DNA from: Eledone cirrhosa
Lineage: Eukaryota
Length of the DNA stretch: 64,000 bases
Assembly: GCA_964016885.1 (NCBI GenBank)
Contig: OZ024740.1
Span: 360,778,001-360,842,000, forward strand
Reading direction: 5' to 3'
The notes under the pieces are model-generated. The model made no database searches and was not told the origin of the DNA. It saw nothing but the letters and a program-made list of their open reading frames with translations. Each line of letters opens with the position of its first letter. The stretch's first letter is position 1. This document shows, piece after piece, positions 1 through 13,225 of the stretch. The translations under genes and the position numbers were made by a program.

Positions 1-295
1 ACAATATGCCCCCACACCCCCCACCGCAAGGTGGTCATGGAGGTGCCACGGCAAAAAAGCACCCAGCCCACACTGTAAAGTGGACGTGTAGGCGCCACGA
101 AAAAGCACCCAGCACTCACTGTAAATGAGGTTGGTGTTAGGAATGGCAGCTGTAGAAATCAAGCCAAATCAGTTCCTGTATGAGCAAGGCATGGTCAGCC
201 GACCAGACACTGCCCACAACAGGACAACCCGTCTAACCCATGCTAGTGTGGAAGAACGGACGTAAAACGCTGATGATGATGATGATGATGATGAA
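1..295 (+). mobile_element. RTE LINE 3'-UTR/tail fragment ending in (GAT)n
   Basis: Near-identical to 61990-62295 (+) and 58905-59190 (-). The latter is contiguous with RTE ORF2 C-terminal coding sequence. Ends ...GGACGTAAAACGCTGATGATGAT. Confidence 0.8.
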
Positions 296-1560
296 TAAAC
301 TGCAGGTATTATCAGAGGCCAGTTAACATGAAACTGTAGGTTTATATAATGGAATATTTTTTTATACATGTGGCATAATTAATGTAACTGCAATGGTGGT
401 GATTGTAGTAATTGCTGTGATGTTATATGTGTGTGTGCATCATCATCATCATTTAATGTCTGTTCCATGCTAGCATAGATTGGACAGGTTGTCACAGACT
501 AAATCAGCACTTAATCATAGCCCCTGTACTAACAGATGGGCATGTAGCCACATCTCACTCATGTACATTCCTACACTATGCAGAGTGTATTGGGTGCAAT
601 TTATTGCGGTACCAAAACTAGGGAGGTTATGGTCCCCTCAACCCTTTGTTTATATATATATGTAATCATTATCATCAGTGTTTTTGTGTCTGCTTTCCAT
701 AGTGGCATGAGTTGAATGGGTTGTTATGGTTCAAGATTAGATAGGTCAGGATGCCCTGATCTCACTCACATGTTCCATATTCAGCATGATTTCTATGGCT
801 GGATAACCTTCCTAACACCAACCCACATATATACACACATACATTAACATCATCAACATAATCATCATTGTGTAATGTCCACTTTCCCTGTTAACAAGAG
901 TTGGACAGGTCTACATAGACCAAGTCATTATTGAAACAGGGTTACTGACCTCCCAAACAGGCCGAGGATCTGCATCCCGCTTATGTACGGTCTCACGTTC
1001 TACCGAGTGCACAGGAAAGTTTGTCTTGTCTTTTACACAACTTAAGGGTCCAACAACCCTTTGTTTGGAAAGCTTTCTACGGCTGGAAGCCTTTCCTATC
1101 ACCAACCACTTTACAGCGTGTACTGGGTACACTTATTGTGTAGATCACCAACACTAGGGAGGTTGCTGCACCATGACATGACTAAAGGGTCCTCTTAACT
1201 CCTTTTTTTATAGACATGGTTTCTACAACAGCATCCCTTTCCTGTCACCAACCACCTTACAGGGTTATAAAATGATAGCACATTTTATCAACTTATAAAA
1301 TAAATAATTGTTCAAGCCAGCATGAAAGACTATATGTGGACGCATCATTTGTTGGAAACAGTTGCCAGATTTCCCTCAAACACCCTACCGGTTTGAAAAA
1401 TAGGCAGGATTGTCATAACTGGAACAGGTTTGTTTAGTCAGAGTTGACCTATGGCTAAACAACAGAAATAGATAAATAATTTTTATTTTTTAGAATTGTA
1501 CTTGTTTGGTGAGTCACTTAATCAAAGACCATGTGTTGAAACTGAAGTATTAAGATTAAC

Positions 1561-1811
1561 GAAAAGTTATTCTAACCATTCAAAAAACACAAAAACTTAA
1601 ATTCACTTTACATTTATCATTTAATTCTTGGTAGGGCTAGTGCTACAATAAATTGGCACCAGTATTATCATTTTACAGAATGCACTGGGTGCATTTTATC
1701 ATGGCACCAGCACTACCACTTTACAGGTTGCACTGGGTTCAATTTATAAATGATAAATGTAAAGTGAATATAACAGTTTTATGTGTTTTTTGAATGGTTA
1801 AAATGACTTTT
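1561..1811. repeat. Imperfect inverted repeat (~65-bp arms), MITE/fold-back-like
   Basis: GAAAAGTTATTCTAACCATTCAAAAAACACA...ATTCACTTTACATTTATCATTTA at 1561-1623 is the reverse complement of TAAATGATAAATGTAAAGTGAAT...TGTGTTTTTTGAATGGTTAAAATGACTTTTC at ~1747-1811. Confidence 0.7.
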
Positions 1812-1812
1812 C

Positions 1813-3000
1813 TTGCTCTCTCCTCACTGACCTCGATACTTGTATCTGAGCAGCAGCCGAGGGGATATGCAACGTCAAGTTTGACGACATAGGGTGGCAA
1901 CAGGCCACTTTACCGGTCAGGTATGGTGGCCTAGGCCTCCGGTCCTCGATCTCACTAGCTTTGCCGGTGTATCTTTCGTCAGTAACCTCGTGCTGCGTCC
2001 TCGACAGCAGGGTTCTTCAAAACACAACAAAACCCTCTATGTTCAGAGAACGTGAGGCCGCCTGTGAGAAGTGGGACCAACTGGGACTTAGCCCAGTAGA
2101 CGTCCCTCCTCCTTCTCCCCCTGTTGACGTCAAGTCCCCCCAACGCACTTGGGATGCCATCCAGTGCAGCCTGGCCTTAGAGAGGCTCACGCGCCAGCTC
2201 GACCAGCACCGCCTTGTTTGTTTTCGTGCGGCCTCCAAACCCCACAGTGGTGCCTGGCTCCATGCTCTGCCCTGCTTCTCCACTGGCACACAGCTAGACA
2301 ACCATAGCCTGCGAATCGGGGTTTCCCTGAGGCTCGGCCTCCGGATCTGCCAGCCACACCAATGTCGCTGCGGTTCCACCATGGACTCTTTCGGCCTCCA
2401 TCCGCTTTCCTGTCTCCACAGTGCCGGCCACATTCCACGCCATACTGCCCTCAATGAGGTCATTAAGCATGGATTGGACGCTGCAGGCTTCCCTTCGCAG
2501 CTCGAGCCGGTGGGGCTGGATCGAGGGGATGGCAAAAGACCAAATGGCATGACCATCTTCCCGTTCCGCGGTGGCAAACCCCTCGTCTGGGATGCCACTT
2601 GCACCGACACATTCTGCAGCCGCAACCTGGTGCAGTCTGCGACTGACCCAGGTTCTGCTGCACATTAGGCTGAGGGGGCCAAACTCCTCAAATACCGGGC
2701 GCTCTCCGACAGGTTTGCAGTCGTTCCCCTGGCAGTGGAGACTTCTGGTGTCCTCGGCCCCAGGGCTACCTCCTTACTCACCACCATAGGCGCTGAGCTG
2801 GCCAGCCGCAGGTGTGATCCCCGCGAGTTGGAGTGGCTTTTCCAGTGCGTCTCCCTTGCCGTCTTCCGGGGAAACGCCTTCTCCATTCTGTCCGCCAGGG
2901 CTGTGGGTGGGCCCCATCGCGTACCAATACATTAGTTAAATACCATTCTTTCATCTGATACAATAAAGTTTACCTTATAAAAATGACATTAATAAAAAAA
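1813..3000 (+). mobile_element. 5'-truncated CRE-clade non-LTR retrotransposon (C-terminal Zn knuckle + restriction-like endonuclease), inactivated
   Basis: ORF 1961-2668 contains SGAWLHALP...RLGL...CRCG..D..GLHPLSC...RH...EP.GL.RGDGKRPNG.TIFP...GKPLVWDATC. It continues after a TAG into VETSGVLGP...SLAVFRGNA. A GC-rich island ending in AATAAA and an A-rich tail at ~2962-3000. Confidence 0.85.
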
Positions 3001-3877
3001 CAAATTGTTGTGTTAGCGTACTAACACTACTCTTACAGAATGTACTGAGTGCATTTTATCATAGAAGCCACTACCAATGGTTTTCAAATCCTTTTTTAAA
3101 TAACTAAGAATTTGGAGTGATTTAGTAAAATAAGTAACTTTCTCGTTATTATGATGTTTGGAACATAAAGATTTTTACATAAAATTCTGATGAAAGGTTT
3201 TTAGATAAAGAGTTTAGTATCATAGAATCATGTGTAATTTCAGGTAGTTTGGTAACAAAAGAGTCAAGGAAAAAAACGGAGAATTTTAAAAACAATAAAA
3301 ACTTACTTGGAAATTTGATGAAGAAATTGTTGGCCAAAGAACCGTTTCCCCCTTGTCGTTTTGTTTGTTAATATCACAACCTTCAATAACATAGAAACAT
3401 TATTATATTCTACATTCCATAATTAGAAATAGCAGCTAAATCTCACTCAAATAAGGACAGAGGCAGACAGAGAAAATCCAAGAAAATGAACTGGCAGTAA
3501 TGATGTGTAATATGAGGTTGCTACTGTTGTTGGAACTCCATCAGCACTGATGAGAAGTGTTCCAGTTGTTTGATCAATGGAACTGCCTACTAATGAAATT
3601 AACATGCATGTGGTTGAAAACTCCACAGATACAAGTATCTTTAACATAGATCTCAGAGAGATTCAGCATGACACAAGGCTGGCCCTTTCAATTACAAGTA
3701 GAAATCTTTTTTTTTCCAATTGAGTAAGCTAGAGCAATAAGAAATAAAGTGTCTTGTTGAAGGGCACAATGAACTGCTGGGAATCAAATTCATAATGTTA
3801 GGTTTGTGAGACAATCACATTAACCACTAAGCCCTCTGCCCTCACAAAAAAGGAGAGGACAAAATGATAAGACTTAC

Positions 3878-4003
3878 CTAATTCAATGAAAAGTTTCACC
3901 AAATCGAAACTATCGCCATAAGCTGCAGCATGAAGCACCGTGTCACCATTACCATCAACAGCATTGATGTCAGCACCATTCTCCAGTAATAGTTTGGAGA
4001 GTT
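3878..4003 (-). CDS. Ankyrin-repeat protein, internal exon (last exon found in window)
   Basis: tttctgtag|AACTCTCC...GAATTAG|gtaagt; 126 nt, phase 1-1; ELSKLLLENGADINAVDGNGDTVLHAAAYGDSFDLVKLFIEL matches the ankyrin consensus. Confidence 0.92.
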
Positions 4004-6634
4004 CTACAGAAACATAAAATATATACATATACTCACACATATATATATATGCATACACACACAAACACAGTTATTACACTCATCATGAGAAAGACAAACA
4101 ATAGATTGTAGAGAATGATGATAATATAGGCATTGATGAATATTGTGAAGAGAAATGGAGTCAAATGGTTGGGCCATGTGTTGATAAAAGTGACTGGGTG
4201 AGAGGTGTGATGAGAACAGAGTGTGATGATTGTTATGAAGAGAAATGGAGTGAGAGGGTTGGGTATGTGTTAAGGAAAGATGAAAATGACAGGTTGAGAC
4301 ATGGATAAAGATGAAAGAGACTGAATGTGACAACTAAAGATGATGGAAGAGAAAATGAAAGCCATGGGTAGGGGATACAGATGATATAGTAAAATAGAGC
4401 AGCTTATCATGGAGCCTGCAAGGTTGATTACTGTTTTAGTGGGGAAAACAGCCTTAAAACACTTCTACACAAACATAAGCATACATACATGCACATGCGT
4501 GTGTGCGTGCATGCACAGCATAATATCTAATAAGTGGTGAGAGAGCGCACTATATCTGTTGAAGAGCGATATAATTACTTCATTCCTATATTAAACAACA
4601 TTTATAAAGGTTACTTGCAAAAATCAAACTTTAATGAAGTTAACATATAATGTATGTGTGAAGACACAGTTCCTGAGGTTTGAAGAAATGCTTCTTCAGA
4701 CACAGTGTAATACGATCTGATTTCTGCATAAAACCAACAGGTAACCTTTACAGATCTTGTCGTATCATTTGTTATTACAGCTTACACCTATGTAGGTTTA
4801 GCTGGCCTGCTTTGAAGTTGTAGCTCATAGGAAGTTTCTTGGGTGTTTTCATGTAAAGCAATGTATAATGAAGCATCTTGCTCATGAATGCAATGCACTG
4901 CAAGGTCCAGTAATCAAACCCATAACCTTATGATTATAAGTCCATTGACCTAACCAAGTCAAGATACTTTAATATAAACCATATTAAACAGCTAGGTGAA
5001 CTGAGATTGTATAGAATTAAGTGTCCTATATGGTTATTTGAAATGCTGGATATAGTATTTGAATTATCAAAAGAAAGAACACATTAATGCAGACATAAAT
5101 AAACTATATCTTCCAAACAGCTTTGATGACTGATATTCTAGCTAGATTAAAGTTGGTCTTAAGATTAATAATAACAACAATACCTTCAGTGGATTTGAAC
5201 TGAAGACCTATGAGTTAGTAGTGCAATGTCATACCCACTCAGCAATTCCACCTTCTCTAACAGAATGACAACCTATAGATATGGAATAATAACATCCTAC
5301 AAAAACCTATACATCTAAGCAACAACATAGGGCAGTTATTCTGAGACTCAGGTCATTCCTTGTGATTCCAGGTTTCCTTAGTTCCTCCCCTATTTTTAAT
5401 TGTCATCTAGTAATTTTTCTCACCATTACACTTTTACAGTGTTAATTATTAAAATAATCTATTAAAGCAAATTTTATGAACTGTTAATTCAAGATCACAC
5501 TTAAAGTTGGGTACATTGGTATTTCATTTGATATTTACGCAATGTATACTATAGTTGGGCATATTGATATTTCATTTGATATATACACAATTCTTTCCCA
5601 ATTCATTCCTTGGCTAAAATTCCTTCTCTGGGAGACAAGTGCCTCCCTTTTAGGAATCACTGCTACAGAGGTTCTGAACCGGAGAGGAACAAAAGGGAAA
5701 TGAGAAGACTAGACACAAATGGAAGATACAGTGTTTCACAGTGCTGACATGCACATTTTCTTTCACACCAACAAGGACAAACATGTCACTTTATATTTTG
5801 AGGGTGATGTAGTGGCATTTGTTCATGTCCACTTTATGTTTTAAGTCCCAATTTTGCTGAATTTAACTTTTCCTCTCAGACTTCTAGAGTAGATAAAATA
5901 TGTACCAGTCAAATACTAGATTTTGAAAGCATGCAGCTTAGAGATTAGGGTGTTAGGTTCATGCTCTTAAGGTCATGGGTTAAATTCTTTGACCAGTGCA
6001 TTATGTCCTTCAGCAAGATACAATACATACAGTAAAGTGAAGTAAAAACTTTAATTATTAATGTGATGCAGTCATAATGAAATGAAGCTTTGTACTTTTC
6101 AAGAATACCTTAATGTAGTTGCATGTGGTACATGAGTTAAAGGGTCTGAAATTAATTTTTTGTGACCATAAAAATATATTATTTATGAAAATTTAAGCCA
6201 GGAGTTCCATGTATTCTTAATTCCCCCACAACCCACCCCCATTTACTGTTCAGGGCTATAGTCAGTGGTAGCACTGTAGATCTGATTGCTAAGCATGTAG
6301 CTTATCAGCTTGAGAGAGACTAACATCCCATCCAGGGAAGGTAACAACCTGCTTGTGAAATTAACATGTAAGTAGCTTAGTATTCCAGGCACATGTACCT
6401 TTAGCATAATTCATAGAGAGATTCAATGTGACACAATCTGTAGCAGATACATGGCATCTAATGAGCTTCCAAACAGTTTTAATCTACCCAGTTTCACTCT
6501 CAAGACTTATGTTGACCCAAGATGTCACACAGTCGAATCGAACCCAGAACCGGGTTGTTACAAAGCAAACTTCCTAGTCATTTGACCATGTAGCATCCAC
6601 TATCGTAATAATACTGCTAAGGGAAGATACTCAC

Positions 6635-6769
6635 CAAAATCTCCACCCATGGCACTCTGGTAGAGAGGCCGAATTCCTGAGTTGTCAGCCAGATTAACGT
6701 CACACTTCAGTTCAATGAGTTTGTTCACTAACGAGCGAGGGTTTTCTTGTTGGCCAAAATATACCGTCA
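6635..6769 (-). CDS. Ankyrin-repeat protein, internal exon
   Basis: cacttcag|TGACGGTA...GATTTTG|gtgagt; 135 nt, phase 1-1; LTVYFGQQENPRSLVNKLIELKCDVNLADNSGIRPLYQSAMGGDF; not in the ORF track, read manually. Confidence 0.88.
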
Positions 6770-6807
6770 CTGAAGTGTGAATATTGAGAGATTAGGAGAA
6801 TAATATA

Positions 6808-7105
6808 AATGATGATGATGGAGATCAAGTGATGATGGTGATGACAACGATGATAACAGTGATGATGATAATTGTAGCGACAATGATGATGATGGTGGTG
6901 GTAATGATGATGTCAATAATGGTGGTAATGGTGGTGGTGGTGATAATGATGATGACAGGGATGATGATAATGACGATGGTGGCACTGATGATGATAGGGA
7001 CAAAGATGGTGATAATGATGGTAGCAATGATAAGACCGATGAAGATGATGTGGTGATGAAAACAATAATGATGGTGACTGTGAAGATGATTGTGGTGATG
7101 AGGAT
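6808..7105. repeat. Degenerate (GAT/GGT)n trinucleotide low-complexity tract
   Basis: Runs of gatgatggtg/ataatg; the ORFs here are low-complexity artefacts. Confidence 0.85.
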
Positions 7106-7697
7106 AATAGTTTCTAACATTAGTTTGAGAGGACTCTTCAGTTGTCAAGGGCCTGACAATCTCTCTAGCGTTGGTGCACCCAGTACACTCTGTAATGTGT
7201 TAGAGTGTATGTAAGCAAGATGTGGACCCTCAGACCAGTCTGTGGGGTCAGAGGCTTTAATTAAATACTAACTTCATCTGTGAAGACCCATCCAACCAAT
7301 GTCAACACAGAACAGATGTAAAATGATGATGAAGATAACACAAGAACAGGTTTACTCTGTTGCTGCATAAGCCAGATGATGATGGAGAAGTGGCAACACA
7401 CTTTGAAACCAGTCAAGCTCATGCCAGCCTGGTTAAATGAACGCAAAACAATGATGATGATGTTATACATACATATATGTACACTCTGTAAAATGGTTTG
7501 GATATAGGTTATCCAACTGTAAAAACAATGTCTAAATATATGCAAGTGAGACATAGCACCCGTCTAGTCTGGGATGACAGTAGCCCCAATTAAGTACTGA
7601 CTTGGGCTATAACAACATGTCCAACTCATATTAGCATGGAAAAACAAACATAAAGTGATGATGATATGTGTATGAAAATATTTAGTCTTCTACTTAC

Positions 7698-7811
7698 ATT
7701 GGCTGATTGCAACAAGTATCGGACTGGCTCCTTGACGGTCACACATGTTGACATTACATCCGGAGTCTAGTAAACACGTTGCAACATCTATATGGTTTTT
7801 TCTGATAGCTT
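7698..7811 (-). CDS. Ankyrin-repeat protein, internal exon
   Basis: tttttgcag|AAGCTATC...AGCCAAT|gtaagt; 114 nt, phase 1-1; EAIRKNHIDVATCLLDSGCNVNMCDRQGASPILVAISQ. Confidence 0.9.
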
Positions 7812-7998
7812 CTGCAAAAATAATCATATATAGGAGCTTGAACTAGCACACAGTTTAAAGTAGTTAACAAAGATAGAAAATAACAGGCCACTACTAAATT
7901 GGTACTTTATTTATCAATCTTAAAAGGATGAAAGGCAATGTGTTTATGTGTGTGTGCATGCACATGTGCTCCTAATGAAAGTGTACACACAAACTTAC

Positions 7999-8145
7999 CA
8001 GTCAAACAAGTGAGCTTCTTGACAGTCCTAATGTCAGTGTCAGAACCAGATGATAATAACAGTTTCACAACATCTCGGTAACCCTCTGTCACAGCATAAA
8101 ACAGGGCGGTGCAGCCATAACGATCTCTTCGGTTAATTTCTGCTC
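7999..8145 (-). CDS. Ankyrin-repeat protein, internal exon
   Basis: gttacag|GAGCAGAA...TTGACTG|gtaagt; 147 nt, phase 1-1; GAEINRRDRYGCTALFYAVTEGYRDVVKLLLSSGSDTDIRTVKKLTCLT. Confidence 0.92.
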
Positions 8146-8234
8146 CTGTAACATTTAAAACCATATTCTTGTAGAATTTATAAAAGAAATCAATAAAGGA
8201 AACAAACTTGTGATTATGATTTGCAAAATGAACA

Positions 8235-8560
8235 CATCATCATCATCATTTACATCTGTTTCACCCACCAGGTTTGCATAGTTTGGATGGGTCTTTTCCA
8301 GCATAATTTCCCTCCACTTGTTGCGTTCCTTCATCATCTCCTGTGAGGTTCAGTGATTTGAATTCAGCTCTCACCACCTCTATCCACATCTTCCTCAGTC
8401 TTCCTCTACTGCAGCTTCCTCCAACTGAGATTTGTTGGCATTTCTTCACCCAACAATCATCATTCATATGCATCATCCATACAATGATGGTTCATTCCAA
8501 CACATTGCACACTACATCCGATTCCTCTTACATCCAGTTTTTCTCTAAGCTATTCAATAC
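8235..8560 (-). mobile_element. RTE LINE 3'-end fragment
   Basis: DDCWVKKC...GSCSRGRLRKMWIEVVRA, then (GAT)n tail; similar to 43340-43590. Confidence 0.8.
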
Positions 8561-9199
8561 TTCACCATTAAAAATGTCAGAAAGAAGAAGAAAAGAAAGA
8601 CAAATATACAACAGAGAATGCTAGTGTTGCCTTCTAAAACTGGAATTAGTTTGTACCAAAGAAACACTACCATGTTGAAACAGCTACCAATGTAATCATT
8701 TAGTATATTTTATATGAAGCATTGTGAAATGTGTGGTTAGGATTGCTTTGTGAGAGCCAGTACAAAACAAGTTAGAAATATCATCATCTTATATCTACTT
8801 TCCATGCTGGCATGAGTTAGACAGGTCCTCACAGTCAAAAACATCTTGCTCTCTCTTACAAAAGACTAATTTTTAATGTGATACAGTCATAGTGTTGTTT
8901 TGCACTTTTCAACAATGCCTTGCTAATGTGGTTTCATGTGGTACATGACATTAAGAGACTCTTAACATTCTGTAATGATTTAGCAGAAAATATTTTTAAA
9001 ATGGCTTTGTTAATTCAAATGTTTATAGTATCTTTGCTACAGGACAAATCATTGAGAAAATGTGCAGTATTAGTGCAAAGACGTTAAGTTATAATGTGAT
9101 GAAGTCCTAGTGTCTGTTTCATATTTTTCAAGAGTTAAAGGACAGGTGTGCTCAATAGGACCAAATATCAACAAATAACTGAAAAATCAAGAAGTCCTC

Positions 9200-9946
9200 T
9201 TGTGAACGTGACCTGGGCATTACTGTCAGCAGCGATTTGCGTTGGACAAAGCATGTCTCTAAGATTGTCAAGAAGGCCGAGGGTGTCTTGGCATCACTCA
9301 GCAAGACCTTTGTTAGCCGCTCTCCAGCCATCTATTTAAAACTGTATACAGCTATGGTACGACCACACTTGGAATTCGCATCATCAGTCTGGAACCCTTA
9401 TCTTGCTCAGAACATTGACCTCCTGGAAACTGTTCAGAGACGTGCAACCAAGCTCATACCCTCCATCAGACACCTACCATACTCTGAATGCCTTGCTTCC
9501 CTGGGCATGGATTCATTGAAGCTCCGACGTCTGGCAATGGACTTGGTGAATACCCACAAAGTTATTAACCATCTCGCCAATTGGAACCCTGAGCACCTTT
9601 TTGATCTCCATGTGTCTAACACACGTGGACATGCCTACAAGATCAGAAAACAGCACAGCTCCCATGACTTTCGTAGACATTTTTTCACGCTCAGAGTTGC
9701 TGAAGCATGGAACAAACTGCCTGCGTCAGTTGTTAGCTGCCGAGACACTGCATCCTTTACGACACTCATGCTTCCCGAAATACACCAAGGCTACACCTGA
9801 TGTACCCCTTCCATACACATGCACACGTGTGTATCATGACTCGTGCCCTGTTCATTTTACTGATGTTTGTGCATTGCCCTATGTACTGTACATGCACTTT
9901 TTGATGAGTTGTGGTGCACCTGGGTACTGTACACAATATTTCATTA

Positions 9947-9981
<35 letters not shown>
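9200..9981 (+). mobile_element. 5'-truncated CR1-clade LINE (RT C-terminal region + 3'UTR + (TAT)n tail)
   Basis: ORF 9237-9800 LYTAMVRPHLEFASSVWNPY...LETVQRRATKLIP...TRGHAYKI...FFTLRVAEAWNKLP is the typical CR1 C-terminus; (TAT)n at 9943-9981. Confidence 0.88.
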
Positions 9982-9982
<1 letters not shown>

Positions 9983-10083
9983 ACACCAACTACTAGAAAG
10001 ATAAAAAGCTAAATCAACTTCTAGCAGGATTTAACTCGTATGATTCTGAAATATACTGGTTTTATAATATAAAACTGTTTATT

Positions 10084-10290
10084 TTAACTCTTTCATTACC
10101 ATATTTCTAATTAAACACTATGATTTTTAAAAGAAACAAGAACTTGAAGGGATTTAGTAATATAACTAACTTTCTCATTAAGTTAGGGCTTGAAACAAAG
10201 CTCCATACATAAAATTATGCTGGAAGGTTTTTAGATAAACATAAACACTTTAAATCATAGAGCCAGGGGTGGTTTGGTATCAAAAGGGCT
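10084..10290. mobile_element. piggyBac-like MITE (TTAA-CC..GGG termini), degenerate
   Basis: Starts TTAACTCTTTCATTACCATATTTC and ends GGTATCAAAAGGG; same family as 35701-36332, 40624-41088 and 51806-52201. Confidence 0.55.
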
Positions 10291-10383
10291 ATTAAAAACC
10301 CAAACAATCCCTGCCGCCTAGCCTAAAACAAAATAAAAAAAACCCATTAGATGATCATTGCAATCCTCAAACTGAAAACATAC

Positions 10384-10974
10384 CTCCAATAAGAAGGCGC
10401 CTAACAATGTCAAGGTATCCGCAGCCACTAGCTATCATCAGTGCTGTGATCATCTGGAAATTATGAGCATCAACAAGGCAGTTGTGGTTCAGCAAAAGGT
10501 CGACCATCTGAAGGTTGTTGGTTCGAATTGCTGTCATCAATGGTGTCTCCACCTGGTCATTAGGAATGTCCACATCGCAACCATTGTTCAGCAGCATGCT
10601 AGCTACTTGCACAAAACCGTTCATGACAGCAGAATGCAGCGGGGTAGCACCATGCTCATTGCGACTATCTATGTCTGCAGAGTTCATGATGAGCACTTCA
10701 GCAACTTTGATGTAACCTTTTTGACAGGCTATGTTTAGTAAATTGTTGAGTCCTTGGTTGCAGCGGTTCACATCAGCTCCTTTCTGAAGAAGTGAACAAC
10801 AGATCTGGACATGACCGAGCTCAACGGCCACCTCAAGTGGAGTTTTTCTACGATATGGGAAATTAATATCAAGGACGGAATTACAGAGATTGAAGACACT
10901 GTTGAGGTCATCGCTTTCAATCGCATCAATCAATTGTCGGATCTGTTGTCGTTTCTGGCGCCTCAAGCGATAAT
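10384..10974 (-). CDS. Ankyrin-repeat protein, large exon (~5 ANK repeats)
   Basis: tttcttgcag|ATTATCGC...ATTGGAG|gtatgt; 591 nt, phase 1-1; TPLEVAVELGH, GATPLHSAVMNGF, ETPLMTAIRTNN and TALMIASGCGYLDIVRRLL ankyrin repeats. Confidence 0.95.
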
Positions 10975-11299
10975 CTGCAAGAAAAAAGAAAGAAAAGAAA
11001 AATGAAATTAGTAAGGATGGTGGTGAAATATCATTAATAAGGGTTTCTAACTTTGGTACAATAATCTACATTTTGAAAGGGAAAGTTATAGTTCATTCAA
11101 TGAATACCAAAATATGTGAATGCCACAATAAAATGCACCTAGTATAATCTACAAAGTGGTTGATGCTAGGTAACACACCAAGCCATAGAAAGCATATAAA
11201 ATATGGAAGGTATGAACAAGACATGATTCCCAAACCTATCTAATCTCAAACTGTGACAACCTTTCCAACCCATACCAACACGGAAAAACATTTAAAACT

Positions 11300-11600
11300 G
11301 GCACTCAATGGGAACTCCTGTATGCTGATGACCTTGTCCTTATAGCTGAATCTGTAGAAAAGTTAGAGGCAAAATTTGAAACATAGAAGAAAAACCTAGA
11401 GTTGAAAGGCTTAAAATTAAACATAACAAAGACAGAAGTAGGAAAGAGAACAGGAGGCTAATACCATCAGGGAAGTGGCCTTGTCCAATATGTCAGAAAG
11501 GGTTGAGCAGAAACTCCATAAGGTGCATACAGTGTAATTTATGGATGCCTGAGAGGTGTAGTGGGATTGCAGGTAGGCTAACCGAAAAAAAGGAAGCATT
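11300..11600 (+). mobile_element. Degenerate RTE LINE RT fragment
   Basis: TGGGAACTCCTGTATGCTGATGACCTT (WELLYADDL) followed by the GKWPC region. Confidence 0.75.
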
Positions 11601-11646
11601 AAGAGCTGACACCCTCCCACTGGTTAAATTAATATGATTTATATGG

Positions 11647-11865
11647 TTTCTGATTTAGGCACAAGGCTAACCATTTTGGGGGAGGGGAAAGTCGATTAAA
11701 TCGACCTCAGTGTGGACATGGTACTTTATTTTAATGATCCTGTAAGGATGAAAGGTAAAGCTAACCTTGGCGGGATTTGAACTCAGAATGTAAAGGGAGA
11801 TAACTATATGCTGCAAAAGCATGTTGTCCGGCGCTCTATCAATACTGCCAATCCACTGCCCTAAT
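11647..11865 (-). mobile_element. tRNA-derived SINE copy
   Basis: Reverse-complement B-box (GGATTTGAACTC) and body shared with 14468-14660, 23127-23470, 38253-38445, 40282-40450 and 56850-57032. Confidence 0.75.
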
Positions 11866-11879
11866 ATGATTTAAGTACA

Positions 11880-13225
11880 TATAGAGGACAACTGGAAATT
11901 CCTACATGACAATCTTTTGCAAATCATTGATGAAACTTGTGGTTAGAGCAAAGAGCCAGCCAGACAGAGGATGAGCCAGTGTTGGAACAGCACAATGGAT
12001 AGAGCCATTAAAGCCAAGAGATAAGCATAGAAAGACTTGGAAAATGGAGATAGCAGAGACCAGTACCAGGTAGTTAAGAGAGAAACTAAACAACAGATAT
12101 ACACAACTCAGAGAGAGGCTGAAAAAAGAGAGTTTGCCAATGTCTTGGGACATGACGACCAGAGATGTGAAGTATTTTGCATTACAAGGCAGTGTGTTAG
12201 TGTAAATTGAGATGTTGTTGGGGAAAAATGTGTTAGAAATGATGTTGGTACATTTAGCACCACTGATTCCCAAAAGAAAGAAGCCTGGAAATGTTACTAT
12301 AAGAGATTTATCAATGTAGATGGAGCCATACCTAATGACTGGCGAAGCAGTACAATCATAAATTGCTACAAGGACAAAGGTGATGCTCTAGAAAGGAGCA
12401 ACTATAGAGGAATAAAACTAATGGATCAAGTTATGAAAGTGACAGGAGTTATAGCACAGCTAATTAGGGAAAGAGAAAAGTTAGACAAGATACAGTTTCG
12501 TTTCATGCCTGGGAAAAGCATTACAGATGCCCTCTTCTTAGTGTGGCAACTACAGGAGCCAAGAATAATCCACTATATTTAGCTTTTGTTGATCTAGAAA
12601 AGGCCTTTGTCAGAATTCCTCGATTCATTAACTGGTGGACCTTAAGGAAATTAGGTATAGAAGAATGACTTGTGAAAGCAGTGCAATCTATGTACAGAGA
12701 AGTTGTCAGTAAAGTGAAAGTAGCAAGTGAGTTTAGTGAAGAATTCAAGGTACAGGGGTTCATCAAGGTTTGGTTCTTAGCCCACTGCTGCTCATCATAG
12801 ACCTCCAGGCCATAATAGAGGAGTTTAAAACTGGCTGTCCATGGGAACCTTTCTATGCAGATAATTTGGTACTTATAGCCAAATCTATAAAAGAACTAGA
12901 AAATAAGTTCCGACTATGGAAATGGAATTTGGAATCAAAAGGTCTGAGAGTAAATTTAACCAAAACTAAAGTGCTAGTGAGTAGGGATGAGGACCTGCTC
13001 CATATGTAGAAAAAGAGTACGGATAAACTCCATATGTTGTACACAATGTAAATCTTAAGCTCCATATGCTGTATACAAGAGTGGGTACACGAGAGATGTA
13101 GCGGGATAATAGGTAGACTAACAGTAAGGAAGAATTTGTATGTAGATGCACAGGAGTAATCGTGGAAAAGTGTGTCAGTGAAATGAGGAAATGAGGACGT
13201 AAAAACGATGGTGATGATAATGATG
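11880..13225 (+). mobile_element. Degenerate RTE LINE ORF2 fragment with internal deletions
   Basis: Similar to 30880-32330 (NYRGIKLMDQV, AFVDLEKAF, GCPWEPFYADNL); ends GGACGTAAAAACGATGGTGATGA. Confidence 0.8.

Noticed and set aside
2017-2665. Antisense ORFs over the CRE element and other LINEs
   Set aside because: Shadow frames of transposon coding sequence.
4590-4770. Degenerate inverted repeat with CTGAAGA on the minus strand
   Set aside because: Stem II and GAAA are not intact; too decayed to call a hammerhead.
6767-7148. Ser/Thr/His/Met-rich ORFs (also 57577-57962 and 44479-44704)
   Set aside because: Trinucleotide low-complexity tracts within introns.
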